From the NCBI GenBank assembly GCA_051362555.1, contig CM120643.1, positions 28,648,848 to 28,712,847 on the forward strand: a DNA stretch of 64,000 nucleotides, in the 5' to 3' direction. Within the stretch, counting starts at the first letter, position 1. The number at the start of each line of letters is the position of its first letter. The notes below the pieces were generated by a model. The model saw only the letters and a list, made by a program, of their open reading frames with translations. It ran no database searches and was not told the origin of the DNA. The position numbers and the translations under genes were made by a program. The stretch comes from Lingula anatina. Taxonomy: Eukaryota > Animalia > Brachiopoda. This document shows positions 27,483 to 41,000 of this stretch, in pieces.

Positions 27483-28324
27483 GCTGCAACACAGAACGTA
27501 TATACAAAAACTCTAAAATGAGCCTGCTTTGACTGCTTAATATATAACGTTTTCACTATGTCAATCATCAAGTTTTAATAGTAAGTATTGTGTTATCTTT
27601 TAACTTTTAAAGGTTAAAAATATTACACATTGGCCTTTACACCTCAACAAGGATGATGCCTGGTTTACTTATTTATTTATTTACTAAAAGCACCCATGAA
27701 AATTATTTCTGAATCCATAAGTATTCCAAATCAAAGTACTTACGTTTGTGAAATCCTGCAAAACAAAAATTAAAATTGATAAGAAACAGTAATTCACCAA
27801 AAAAGGTAATTCTATATCTATTATTAGGAATAACCATAACTGAGGATTTCTTATTAGTAACTAAGTAAAAAAAAATTGCTTGTAAATAATCTGATATGGT
27901 GTTTGTAAAATGGATAAAAGTGAATACTTATCAATATGTGTTACGACTGTAACCTTAAGCAGTACAGCACATTCTTGGCATAGGCAAAGTATACATCATG
28001 TAGACCATAGCTTACAATAAATGATAAATAAATGCACACAAGGTTGACAAAATATATGTATAATGCATAACTATCCTTAATGCAACATCTGCGTGTACAT
28101 AGCTCTCAGTGGATAAATCACTTGTTATAGCTATATACTGTCTCTCTTGACTCCATGCAGCAACTGTCACTGCATGCATCTGTTATGACCAACTTTACAC
28201 AGTTTACAGGACAATTATTTCCTCTGAACATAACATTTTCTTCTTACTTCCTCCAAAACATAGCATTACATATCCCGCAATTAATTACTGAGAGTTCAGT
28301 TATTTGAGATATTTTACTTCAAGA

Positions 28325-28363
<39 letters not shown>

Positions 28364-28379
28364 TGTGTGTGTGTGTGTA

Positions 28380-28425
<46 letters not shown>

Positions 28426-31400
28426 CACTCACTGGTTTCTTGGCCAGTTGAGGGTTGGTCAGTAGTATCTTGGCCATGGGATGATAGTCACACTTGGAGG
28501 ACAGCATCATCCACTCTCTCTCCACATCTGTCAGCTGGAATGTTATAAGAAATATCAGTTTTCATTCCCAGTTTCCACAAGATTTAGACATTATAATAAT
28601 CCCATTTTCCACATTTTCTTTACTCTCAATATATCTCTACTGATCAGCTATTAAAATATACATCATTTATTGTTTCCTTAGTTTTTTCTTGTCAGATTGA
28701 ATTTTTTTTCTATAATTTTTTTCTACATTGCTAAGTTTGAAAATCATAGCAAATTGTTAGGACTTTTTCCTAATTTGTAAATCATTTAATTTCAGCTCAC
28801 TTTCTATATGTTTCAATACAAGCCTGCTAAATGTCCTCTGTGCTTCAGCAAGAATCTGCATAAATGCCACCCACCCCCCACACCCCCAATGTGCTACACA
28901 GAACAACAAATTAATCAGATTCAGCAGCTACCGTTTTTATGCAATTTGTTTATCTCTGAATGCTGATATGTTGTGTTCAGAAAACAGGTAACATTTTGTG
29001 TTCTGTCTCCCTGATTGCAAATGTCACATCATCTGGTCATCACATATTTTATTTCCTGTCAGCTCCTTTTTTTCTCAATAAAGTTCTTCATTGTATTTTG
29101 GCAGAAAAGCGCGACTGTTCTCAGCATAGTGATAGTCACAACAAGTGTGCTTACTTACAAGTCTGAGGGAGTAGTGTAAAAAAAACTTCACTTATAGACC
29201 ATGTGGGAAAAGCAAATCAAAGAATGTCTGCATTCTGTTAATAGCAATATTACCTGCACATATGTCTTAAATGTCTGGGACAGTAAAAAATGCTCAAAAA
29301 TTATTTTTATATTCAGACCATAAAAATCCTTCTATTTTAATACAGTATATACCAGTGGAAGTCCACTTAAACAATTTGTTACCAAACCTTATTTAACAGT
29401 AAGGAATATACTGTCAGATATATATTAATATTTCCTTGCAGCAGATTAGATATTACTTACTATATCTTAAAGGTAGGTACATTTTCTGGGTCATAAATAT
29501 GAATTATGAGGCAATTTTCCAAGCAATAAAATCCTAGATTGAACTAGAGTTCAGAAGCAGTGATGTAGTAATATATATGATATATATGGTGCACAATTAC
29601 GATAAGACAAGTATTGTGTGGTGTGTTAGAAGACAGGCCTGTACTTACAGTGACAGATGCCGTGGAGGAATCATCATCATCATGCGCAGCCTGCAATCAC
29701 AAGAAAAGATCGTTAAAATTTAAAACCAAAACAATGAAAACCCCATATCATTTTGGAAAAAAAAAACCTTACCAAACTCAGGATAACAAATTATATTTTT
29801 TATGAATATTTCCTATCAAGACTATACCATAGTACCTTACTGAAAGCTTTGGCGAGTCTCTTATCCAAGTTTGTTAAAGACGGAACACGCATGATAACAT
29901 TGTCTTCAGTAGCCATATTTCACCAGCAGCAGACGCCCTTTTCCATCATATAACAGAACATAAACCACGCTTCAGATCCTTTATCTTCCTACGCAAAACA
30001 TGAAGGTTACACGAGGAGGGGAAAAACCACAATCCTTGTACTAAAGTTGGCAACCAGCTTGCACCCACCCCACTCAGAGCAACATCAAAAACCAAACTGT
30101 TATTCCACAACACGTAATCTGCTCCTTTCAGGCAGCCGAGTATTAAATTGCTAAATTATGCACAACCGTTTGGACATAGGTTATTTATGGCTGTACTGTT
30201 AGAGATAATGTCACTTAGATAATGCCCAATGCAATAAAAAAGGGCCCAGGTAAACACATTCTTTGTACTGTTATCAATTTCAATTTCAGCATGGAAGGGA
30301 GAAAAAGAAGAAATTCCAGACGAGATTTCTTACCATGATAGAACAGATGTTTTTATGCAGGAATCTCAGCATGTACGTTTTGTGCAATCTGCTCTTTGCT
30401 ACTCCAGACATTTTTTTTTTATTTGGGAGGGGGGGGGGGGGGGCAAAGAAAACATACATAACATTGCCTCAGCAATCTTACTTTTATCAATAATTTATAA
30501 GACCTTTGTAAAAACAAGGTACATCTTACAGTGTGTGTGTAAATAGGAGTTTTTTAGCAAGAATTTTCAACAATAATATCATTTTTATGTATCAACATGA
30601 CTTCATCAAACATATTCAAGTTACATGGATAAAATAACAACCTCTTAACTGCATGCCAATTCCAAAATCAGGCATATCAACCTTTGTGATCTTTGCCCTA
30701 TCAACTCTCTCTGACATGAGAGTCATCAATCATCTTGACCTGTAAACTATTAATCCTCCGTGACCTGTCAGTACTTGATGGGGAAGACAGCAGAACAGGT
30801 ATTTTACCTGCACAGGTGTTATTTTGCCAAAACAACAGTTGATTGTGCAGAGGGGGGGGGGGAGGGGAGGGGGTAATTTGGTCACTTTTTAGCAAAATAA
30901 CTCAAATTTAATCAAATTAATAAATGTTTTTGCCAAATCATAAAAAGGTATGAAAAATTTCTACATTTTCTAAATATTTGTGAAGAAACACTGTAATACT
31001 ATTACACATCAACAGCTTTTCACTAATCTTTTCAATCCAATCTATTAATTACATCAGACTTTTTCTTACAGTCAACTATTTATTCACAATCAATTACTGC
31101 ACTGAATTCAATGTATACAGTTAAATTATGTCAGGTGACCGTTTCCTCATCTAAAAAAGAAACAAAAGAAAACTTCTGCCTATTATCACTTATCTTCATC
31201 AACTAAACAACCTACCTTAGGTTTAGGATCTCTTTTCCTAAGTTGTACTCTTTGCAGTTCTGTCTCAGACTGAATCTTGTTAAGATGTTTGGCTCTCTCC
31301 TTTACGCTCATCACTTCTTTTTCCTCTGTGACCTCCCCTGCCTTGTTAGGGCCCTGGGAAGATGGAAGAATATGTTGGTTATTGTGTAGTAATTTATGTA

Positions 31401-31565
31401 ATTTCCCAATCATATATGTATATAATTCATCTCACAAGGTCTGGTGTATAATATGAGTCATCATTTTGCAGGTGAAATAGTGATATTGTATAATTCTATC
31501 TGTCTTGTCTCCTTCCCTCTTTCCGTACCTTCTACTCTTTCTCCCTCTCCTGCTTCTGCCTACTG

Positions 31566-31617
<52 letters not shown>

Positions 31618-34600
31618 AATAACAACTTGTATTCAAACTTGCAACTGATACTAGTTATAAGAATAATAATAATAGTCAATCCCCACACTTATCACAAGTA
31701 TCATACCTTAATCCATCACAACAAGCTCTTCTTTACTATTCCAGAACACAATTAACAAAAACAAATCAAACCTTAAAATGAGTTGATCAAAACCAATATA
31801 ACCTGAACTACTGATTTGTCTTCCCCATTTATACAAATACTAGCAATCAAATCACCTGAATGACTCCTTGAATCCTGACTTAATCCAACTCCTTACACAC
31901 TCTAAAACCTTGTTTCTACACTTTTCATGAGGATACTTTAACCTGGTAGGGTGGGACTCACACTGGATTATTAAACACTAAATCACTCACACACACCTTA
32001 AGTTCAACCTTTTTTATCCACACAATCTTATTATTTATAAGCTTTGATAACCTAGACTTCAAGATCAAATGGTTCAATTCTCTTTAACCAAACCCTCAAC
32101 AATAAAGTCAAAGTGGGTCTGAAACCAAGCAAAACATAAAAACCAGCTCCATCAATGTGGGGAGACTAAGGTGATGGCAATGCATACAAACACTATACTA
32201 AAAAGCCCACTTCAGTGCAGTATTTCAATGTGTATAATTGTACACAACTGCACTTCTTTGTTTATACTATATTACTAATATAAAAACGTTATGTAGTAAG
32301 TCACATAAGAGGTAAAAAAATTAATTTAATAGTGCATTAAGAAGTAGCAAACATACCAATCCAATGCTGGATTGCTGATTTATTACTTAAAATTTATTTT
32401 TTCCTTTTATGAGATTTCACGCTATCGGATGAATCAGAACATTTACTAGCAGTCTCATTAACATTAAGCCTACTAGTACATTACTCTCTTCAATGTCTCT
32501 CAACGTAAAACCAGAGAATTTTAAAAAGTCATACAATCTAACCAGAACATACCTTTAATTCAACCTTTTTATCCACACAATCTTATTTACAAGCTTAGAT
32601 TTCCTCCACTTCAAAAACATAAACAGTTAGCAAAAAGAGGTCCACAACCACCTCACAGCACTGCTCCTCTCTCAATCTAAAATCATCTGAGGAGACTGAC
32701 AATAGTAATGAGAAAATATTACACAATGATTCTGCCTCTCATTTCTTCAGGCTCTTAAGAGAGATCAGGTTAATGTACAAAGGGTTCTTTTCTGATAAAA
32801 AATACACAAAAGATAGCACTCTGGGTCTGACCTTGACAAGCAACTACACCTTCAAGTGGAATAAAACAGGTGGGGAAGATTGGAAAATAATCAACAAATA
32901 TTGCACAATGATGTGACCTTAATCTATGCGGAAACGAGTGTGCTTATGAATGAAGGTTTTTTTCTTGATCAGGAAGCTAAATAGAGCAACCTATAATGCC
33001 CTCTTCCTAGTTTTTTTTTTTTTGTAAGTATTTGGTTTGTTTGTGTATTTGTGGGCACAAGATCCCAGTAAGTTTTACACAAAGTTTGATGAAATTTTCA
33101 TGAGAGCCATTAATTCATTCTAACTAAATCAAGGACTTGGGTTTCTAACATTTTTTATGATAATTTTGTTTTCTAATTTACATTTTTTTTTTCAGATTGT
33201 ATCCACCATTAGATGAAAATGGTACTTCTGAATGGTAAAATAATGAAAAAGTAAGTGCAAAATGATTGTAGCTCAAGGTCTCTTAAAATGAGGTTAATGC
33301 AAAGCCGTCCTTTGATGATGAATAAAAAAAAAGTCCAATGTCAAGGTAAATGTGCTTGGCTCACCAATAAAAACCTGACCTTTTAGTCTTAATTGCAAGT
33401 TAGAAAGTGTGTGTGCCCCCTTCTCCTCCAACAGCATTATAGGCCCATTTGGATTGCCTGATAACAGCTAATTTAACAAAAACTCAAAGCAATTAAAAAT
33501 AAATTGTATGCTAAGCCAGGTAAACATGAACTTTGTAGTATATTATGTTGTGGAGTTGTGCAAGCCAACAACAACGTGTTTTCTTTTAATACTGTATTAT
33601 TCTTTTTTTTTAGCAAATTTCATCATGTGTGTTACACATCAGTCATACTGTCACATTGATAGGTTCTTCTAAAATCACACTTATTCTTCTTTAAAATTTG
33701 GTTATGTCCAGTGGCCTGCTTTAAATGTGTGCGTGCAAGTGTGTGTGATTATTTGTACACGTACCTGCATGTACAGGTGTATGGGTGCATGTTTATACAC
33801 ATAATACACAGTGCAGAGCTATCAGTAATGTACTTATGTACGGTAAAGTGCCATGAATTTCGAACGGCTCTTGAATTTCGAACTATCTTAAAATCGGCCA
33901 TCTGGAGTTTTTTCTGGACCATGAATTTCGGCCAGTAAGCAATTTTGCGCGATCTTGATTTCGTGAATTTCGTACACCTTAAAATCGGCCACCGGGCTAT
34001 TCTCGCGCTTGTAAAGATGTAAAGATCAGTCGGCAATGTTGCCCTAGCGTACCTTTACCTGAGTACTACGTGTGCGGCCCAAGGTGCAAGATAACGATCA
34101 GGGCCCGGTTGCACCAACAGGGCGTAAATTTACTCGGCTACGGCTGTCGTAAACCGCAACGCCTGGCGTCCGTGCGCCAGGTTTACTCTCCCTGCTTACG
34201 CCCGTTGCACCAAGACAAAAACTGATGGTCGTAACTACGCCCGAGTAACGCTCCGTTGCATCACTGGCAAACAATACGTGAATGAGGAGTTCTCAGCTGC
34301 AGTCATAATAGAATGATGACATAAATAAACACAAAAGGAGCATTTCAGTGACGGAGAAATTCATGAGCCACATTATCCCATTTTTATTTAGAAATAAGAA
34401 CGTTAAAATACGTTAACTTTGCTTTTGCCTTGTATAAATGGCAATAAAATCGTAAATATATTCCGAATCAAAATAATATTATAGTATGCTATTATAGTAT
34501 GCTGTTGTAAATGAGAAAAACGCGTTGGAGGCAGTACGTATTTCTATTAATGGATTTGAACACCTTCACATTTGTAATCGAAACTATTGAGTCTGAAAAT

Positions 34601-35005
34601 AATGCAAAAAAGCCAGCATTGCTTTCTTTTTATAATTTTACAACAGTGCCGACAATTTCATGACCTTTTTTATCTATGGTTACACCGTGAGGTATCATTT
34701 AATTCAATCGATCTTACATCTTGGAGATTGAGAAATACAATATACCTAATACATATTATATGAGCCTTAAAATGTTGATATTTTAAGCTTTCGTCTCTAT
34801 GTTTATATACAGTAAAATATAAATGATATAAAATGTGAATAAAAAATGACTATGGTTAGTTATGGTTTGTCAAAAATTGTGAAAGGCAATAAAGAAACCG
34901 TACTGCTGAGAGCCAAGGCGTGTCGACATGAGTGGTAAGATTTAATTTGAGCACATGCATATACATGTACATGGCTACGTACACACATAATGTATTTAAT
35001 AATTA

Positions 35006-35049
<44 letters not shown>

Positions 35050-38000
35050 GTTTTTTAAAAACCAAGCTATGCAGACGGAAGTTTTGTGTAAGAAACAAAC
35101 AAATAACAACCCACATAATCTACGTTAACTACGATAATTGTCATCAAACTCTCTCTGTGCCAGCCTAGCCATAGTGCAAAACGAGCTACGACCGACTTAC
35201 TCCTCCTACCTGGCAGGCGTAAATTTACGACTTAGTTAAGTCCGACGTAAACACTATTCCAGTTTGGTGCAACTGGCGTTACTCGGGCGTAGCGATTTGC
35301 GCCTGGTTTACGCCGGCGCAACTGCTACGCCTCACTTACGACCGGTTGGTGCAACCGGGCCCTGTACAGTTAGTTTAGGACGCTAAACAACATCGTCATA
35401 TCCATTCATTCAGATAACAGGAGAATCTATTAAGAGTTGTACTGTCGGGCTGTTGTTTCTTTACCGCAGTATTCGGTGTGAGATAGCGATCGGTAGTTTT
35501 GCTGAGGCGCACAATAGCATTGTTAACAGTAGAGACTTCAGTAACGGAACAAAAGAGCAATATTAAGAGCTGCAATAAAGATTACCATTATTGCTTTCTT
35601 GTCTCGCTCAGATCGTTCACAATCTCCCGCTGACGATCTTCCGCTAATGAGGTCCCTTGAAATGTACAAATGAAATGAAAAATATTTTTAAAAATTATAA
35701 ATTCCGATGGGGAGGGATGGAGGGTTAAAAACAATCGAGAACGATCTCCGGCTGACGATCTGCCGCAAACGAAAGCCACTGAACGAGTATGAGCTTTCTC
35801 GTTTCACTCGGATTGCCACGCTGATGATACGAAAATTGCGTTCTCGTCTCACCCTTTGGCTTACGAAGTCTCTTTAACAAATATGAAAATTGCCTCCTGG
35901 TCTCTCTCGGATTGCGAACGATCTCTCGCTGAAAATTTGAAATTTTCCTTTTTGTCAATCAGCTTTGTCAGTTGCCGTGCGTATGAAGGTCCGGAAGGTG
36001 TCCCCTTTCACAAATTGGCCTGTAGTTTTCTTAGTGTTTTGTACCGCATGAAGGTCACTCTTGTCACTGCTGCATACGGCGTGGAATGTGTATCTTAAGG
36101 TTCATAGAAACATTTTATTGTGTTTTGTAAGCTTTAGGAAGTAGTTTCGTCGTGACTGAATATCAGCGTACACTACAAAGTAGTACCATTCATCTGTGAC
36201 GCATCATAAAAGCTAGGTACGTCAAATTACTCTAAGAAAATTTCTTACAACGTCCACGGCTGTCCCGACAAGCCAAGACGTCATTAAAAGAAAAGTCGCA
36301 AGCCGTCTAGCCGTCTTTGAAAATATAGGCCGTCCGGTGATGTCAGCGGCCGTCCAAATGACGGCTGGACGGTTCGCTGGGAAAAGCCTTGCTCATAAGG
36401 GTATATTTATTTAACTAGGGGCTTACTGACATCACCCAGCTTACATGCGGGTGCATGCCTCCCAAAATTATATTAAAGGATAAAATTGTAATATATCTAA
36501 GTATAATTGTTTGTAAATTTTGTAAAAATTGCCCATGCCACCCCGTTAGTTTGGAGGGTTAAGCTGGATCAAGTCCGTGTCAAAATTCTTTGAAACTTTG
36601 CAGGAAAAATCAATCTTCCTTTGTTTCTCTGGCTCCTTGTTTATCCCGATGATCAGATTTATCTAGTGCCCCCAGGTCTGCTGGAGCAGCTCTTTGAAAT
36701 AATACACGGGTAGATTTTTATCTGAGATAAATATCGCGTTCAATACACTCAAGACAAAAGCTACCTGTGAGCTGAAGGGCACTTTACCCTCTAATTAAGA
36801 GGTAAAGCAAGTTCCAGCTAGATGGACGATTAAGATCGGACTTCAGATGGTAACTAGTATTGTTTACCTCAGTTCTGTGAAAGCTAACGAGAAGGGTGTC
36901 AGAACAATGGTGCATATATAAATTATACAGAGAATTTGTACATTCAGGTGACATTAATTTATAATCGACGGGGATTTTCGATAATATTCCTTGAAAAGTA
37001 CACTAGATTTATAGAGAATAATATCATGGTTGGCCAAAAAATTATATACGCACAGTGTATCCATGCGTATGCCTGGTTACGCCCCTGTCGCAAACCAGCA
37101 AACCATATCCTGCTGACTACATGAAAATTGCCTTCTAGCATGGACAAAAAGTCCAAGCTTCTATGCTTGCTCGGATCGCTGACGATCTCTTGCTGACGAA
37201 TATAGTAACGAAGTCCCTTGAACTAGTGTGGAAATTGGCTTATTATCGCGCTCAGATCGCTCACTATCTCCCATTGACGATCTTCCAGTCCCTTGAACGA
37301 ATATAAAAACTGCCTTTTCAGTTTACTCTAGATTACCTATCTCTCGCGTTTGTTTGAAGATGACAAAACGTACACGCTTTTCAAATGCGTACATTTACGC
37401 AACTGTGCGCCAGGAAATCAGTTGCTGCTGCTGGTTAAGATTGGGTTGTCTGAGCGAAAAAAAAAACGGCCCTGCACCCCCCCCCCAACCCAAACATAGT
37501 ATATTTGATCACAGACAACAATCAGCGGTCATCTTGGTCGCAGCGCACGACGGAGAGAGACCGTAATACACAGTTCGGCTGCCGTGGCGAAGGCTACCTG
37601 TGCGCCGCACATACCGATCTGCGGTCGTAGTGGCCTCCCCGCACGGAGGAGAGGCCGTAGTGCCGAGGCCGGCTTCTGCAGGGAAGGCTACGTATGCATC
37701 GGAGACACCGCGAACGGCGAGATGAGGACGCATTCGCGCGTAAAGCTCCGCCCGACTTTAACGGATAGACACTGATCGGCTGTCGTCTCGGTTTCAGTGC
37801 ACGGAAAGGAGCAACGGTAACACTAAGCTTCCATAGTAAAGGTTATCTGGCCGTGGCAGACGCTAATCGTCGGCCGTCTCTCCCTCCGTCCACTCCCGTT
37901 CTGAGCGCCAGGATCGTTTTTGAAAAACGACACTAGTTTCTGGCTGCCAGAATCGCTTTTGAAAAACGACACTACTGATAACGATGCTGTTTTGCGGCCC

Positions 38001-41000
38001 TAGACAAGAGTACCGCTCTATCTATGGGCCATACACAGTGATCGGGTGAAAGTACGTGTATACCTTTGGTCGCAATTACCGACACTCACACATCATACAT
38101 TATGGTAACTTTAAATAGATCGTCGGGAGAAGATAACAGAAGGCCTAGCGACGAACAGACAACTTCCGGTCAAAATTGACAGAATTCCATGAAATTCGAA
38201 CTTTCAGGAGTTCTGAGCACCTCCTTTTCATGAATTTCGGCCAGAACGATCTTTTCCCAAATTTAATTATTTTTTACTGTTCGAAATTCATGGCACATTA
38301 CCGTATATTTAAGAATCAATGATATATCATCATTATTATTCTTCACATTATTTTCATCATCATAATAGTAATATCAACATTACCCCAGTAATCTTTCCAA
38401 TAGATAATCATTTTAGTGCTGCTGCTGCTTCCAGTGATCATTACATGAACCAAATTTGGCACTAAATTATAACTTAGAAAGACATTTTTGCATGCCTTGA
38501 ATACCTACAATAAACCTTCCAGCAGTCAAATTTTATCAGGTGGATTTCAGAGGGGAAAAAAAGTTTATGCGTCATCTTTTAGAGGTGGACATGAAAATGC
38601 AGATAATTTAAAGTAATATAGATAACTTACAGAAGTCATGTTCTGACTGATAAAAATCCATATAAACAATGTCAAGACTAAACATTACTAGTAAATGCCT
38701 CCAAGTTTTTACTTCCTTTTTTCTATTATTTTGACAACTGTCAATCAAATGCAGAAAATTCTCATAACGAAAAATTCAAAACTGCTATTTGTCATACTCA
38801 CCTTATAAATATTATACATTTTTGAAGGTATGTCTCCCATGATGCCAATGAATGCACTTTCCCAGCCACACAATAAATGTATATATAATCCTACAATCTC
38901 TAAATCCACAGAATAATCCTGGTTCTCAAAAAATCTCTTCACTCCCTTAAATGATCACAAAATGTGTTGACATCTGACACCATAAAAAAAAGGCAATGAT
39001 ACAATTTTTTCTCATAATCATCTGGTTTCTCACAAGTGGAAGTGATCTTGAGATGTCATCAATTTGCAGACTACAGACAAAAATAATGAAATCATGTACA
39101 TGTATACATTGAAGGAGAAATAAAAGATAATCTGGTGAAGTGTTGATGTTCTTCCACAGCATGTGTTAAAGGCAACAGCTGGGTACTAGAACTCTGCATA
39201 AGTCACAGTAATGTCACAGCTGTAAAATGTCACGCTGACACCATACCAATAATCTGTCACTGTGCCGATATGACAAAGTGGACAGCTAAGATGTCAGTGT
39301 CAAATGCCTGTGGCACGCTCTGGAGATTTTTTTAAGTTCAAGGTACCAAGTCCATCTCATTTGGTCACTATCAAATATTACAGCAGTTGGTGTGTGTGTC
39401 AAACAGTGACACTATGGGCAGTCAGAATAACACTGACAGCCTGTGATATTCACTTGGTCACTGTCAAGTATTACAGAAGTTTCTATTATCACTGCATATA
39501 TTGTGTCACCATATTCATATTATGAGGACATTCAAGACTGATGACATGAAGTCGGTAATTTTTAACCAAAGGATGTCAATTCAAGTATGTCCCCATATAC
39601 ATGACAAAAAAGTGACAAAACTTTTCTGAGGATGTGACAGTCACAACATCACTGACACATCAATAACAAGTCACAACCCCAGCATTATACAACAGCTGTA
39701 GTGTCACTAAATCAGCCTGTGAACAGTCAAGATAAGTTACGGTAATCTTGGTGGATGACACCAAATCCTGAAAGTATCTCCTGGACTTTGGTAGTTCATC
39801 AGTCATTGCTATGGGCCAGAGTAATGGCCACTATTGGCACCAAGGACACTGACCACTGGGCCCTGTCGGTACCATGAAATGGCCACCACTGTCAAACACT
39901 GTATGGTACTCGCAGATTCCAGGCTGAAAATACTGCCACCACCAATGTCCACTCAGTGTCACTGTGATGACAGGATATAAGAGATCCTAAACCTTTAACA
40001 ACCAGAAGAAAGTCAATACTATCATGGAATAACTATCCCTGCTAATGTCACTGCTGAATCTTTCACCCCACGCAGGATCTCAGAAAAAGTATCCTCTCAC
40101 TGGGTTCATGTGAACAGGAGTCCCAAGAAACTGCTGTCACTGGTGTCATGAAGTAAATGTCAGTGCAAATGTCAATACAATATCTTTCCCTCATGTCCTT
40201 AGAATAAAGCACCAGATTATAAGTCTACAAGTACCTGTATACCCAACTACCTTATAAACCAATACGTGAAGCCTTTATTATCTGTATATATCCAATTTGA
40301 TCAATGTATCAAATGTTTTGAATACATGCATTTTCTGTCCTATACGTGAAGAGTTATCTTTAAGTACTAGTATCTATATCCATATTTGATCCAGTGGAAC
40401 TATAATTAGATGTTCAACTACATGAAGAGTCTCCTTAAAATATCTTCATGCAGATCAAATCTGGACAACAGATCAAAAAGCTGATATTTTTTTCCACCCA
40501 AAATGTGAAAAGTCAACTTCACTGATGATACAATGAATGCTTCCATTCCCCTTTGTGTGAGACGGAATGTAGTACTATTATTTACAATTCTTTGATATCA
40601 AATACACAATAAAATGTCAATCCTTTGGTAACAAAATACATTTAACTTTCCAAGTGGCAGATTTGACACTTCTTAATGCTGAGCGTACACTCCCCAATGC
40701 ACTTGAATTCTTCTTTTGCTATCAAGTGGAGAGCTGCTACCTTTTGTGAAATTTTCCAACCATGAATGCTTCCACAAGTTTCCCTGTACAACCTGAAGGA
40801 AATTTTCTACACCACTTTACTCCAGGTAAATGTAAAATTGGATTTCCTTTAAAAAAGCCATCTGCTCGCTCAATTATTCTAATTTTACAACTGTTTTTTT
40901 TTAAATAAATGTCACAGTTTTCAAACCTGTCTTATCCACCCTGCATCTCAATCGTCATATTTTTCCATATGCAGACTGCTCACTTGTACCATGCCCAATG

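Noticed and set aside
29159-29162. cag|ACTT|gtaagt microexon-like unit on minus
   Set aside because: 4 nt (or 8 nt with the next GT) would shift the frame between two phase-0 exons. It could only be a poison exon and has no other support.
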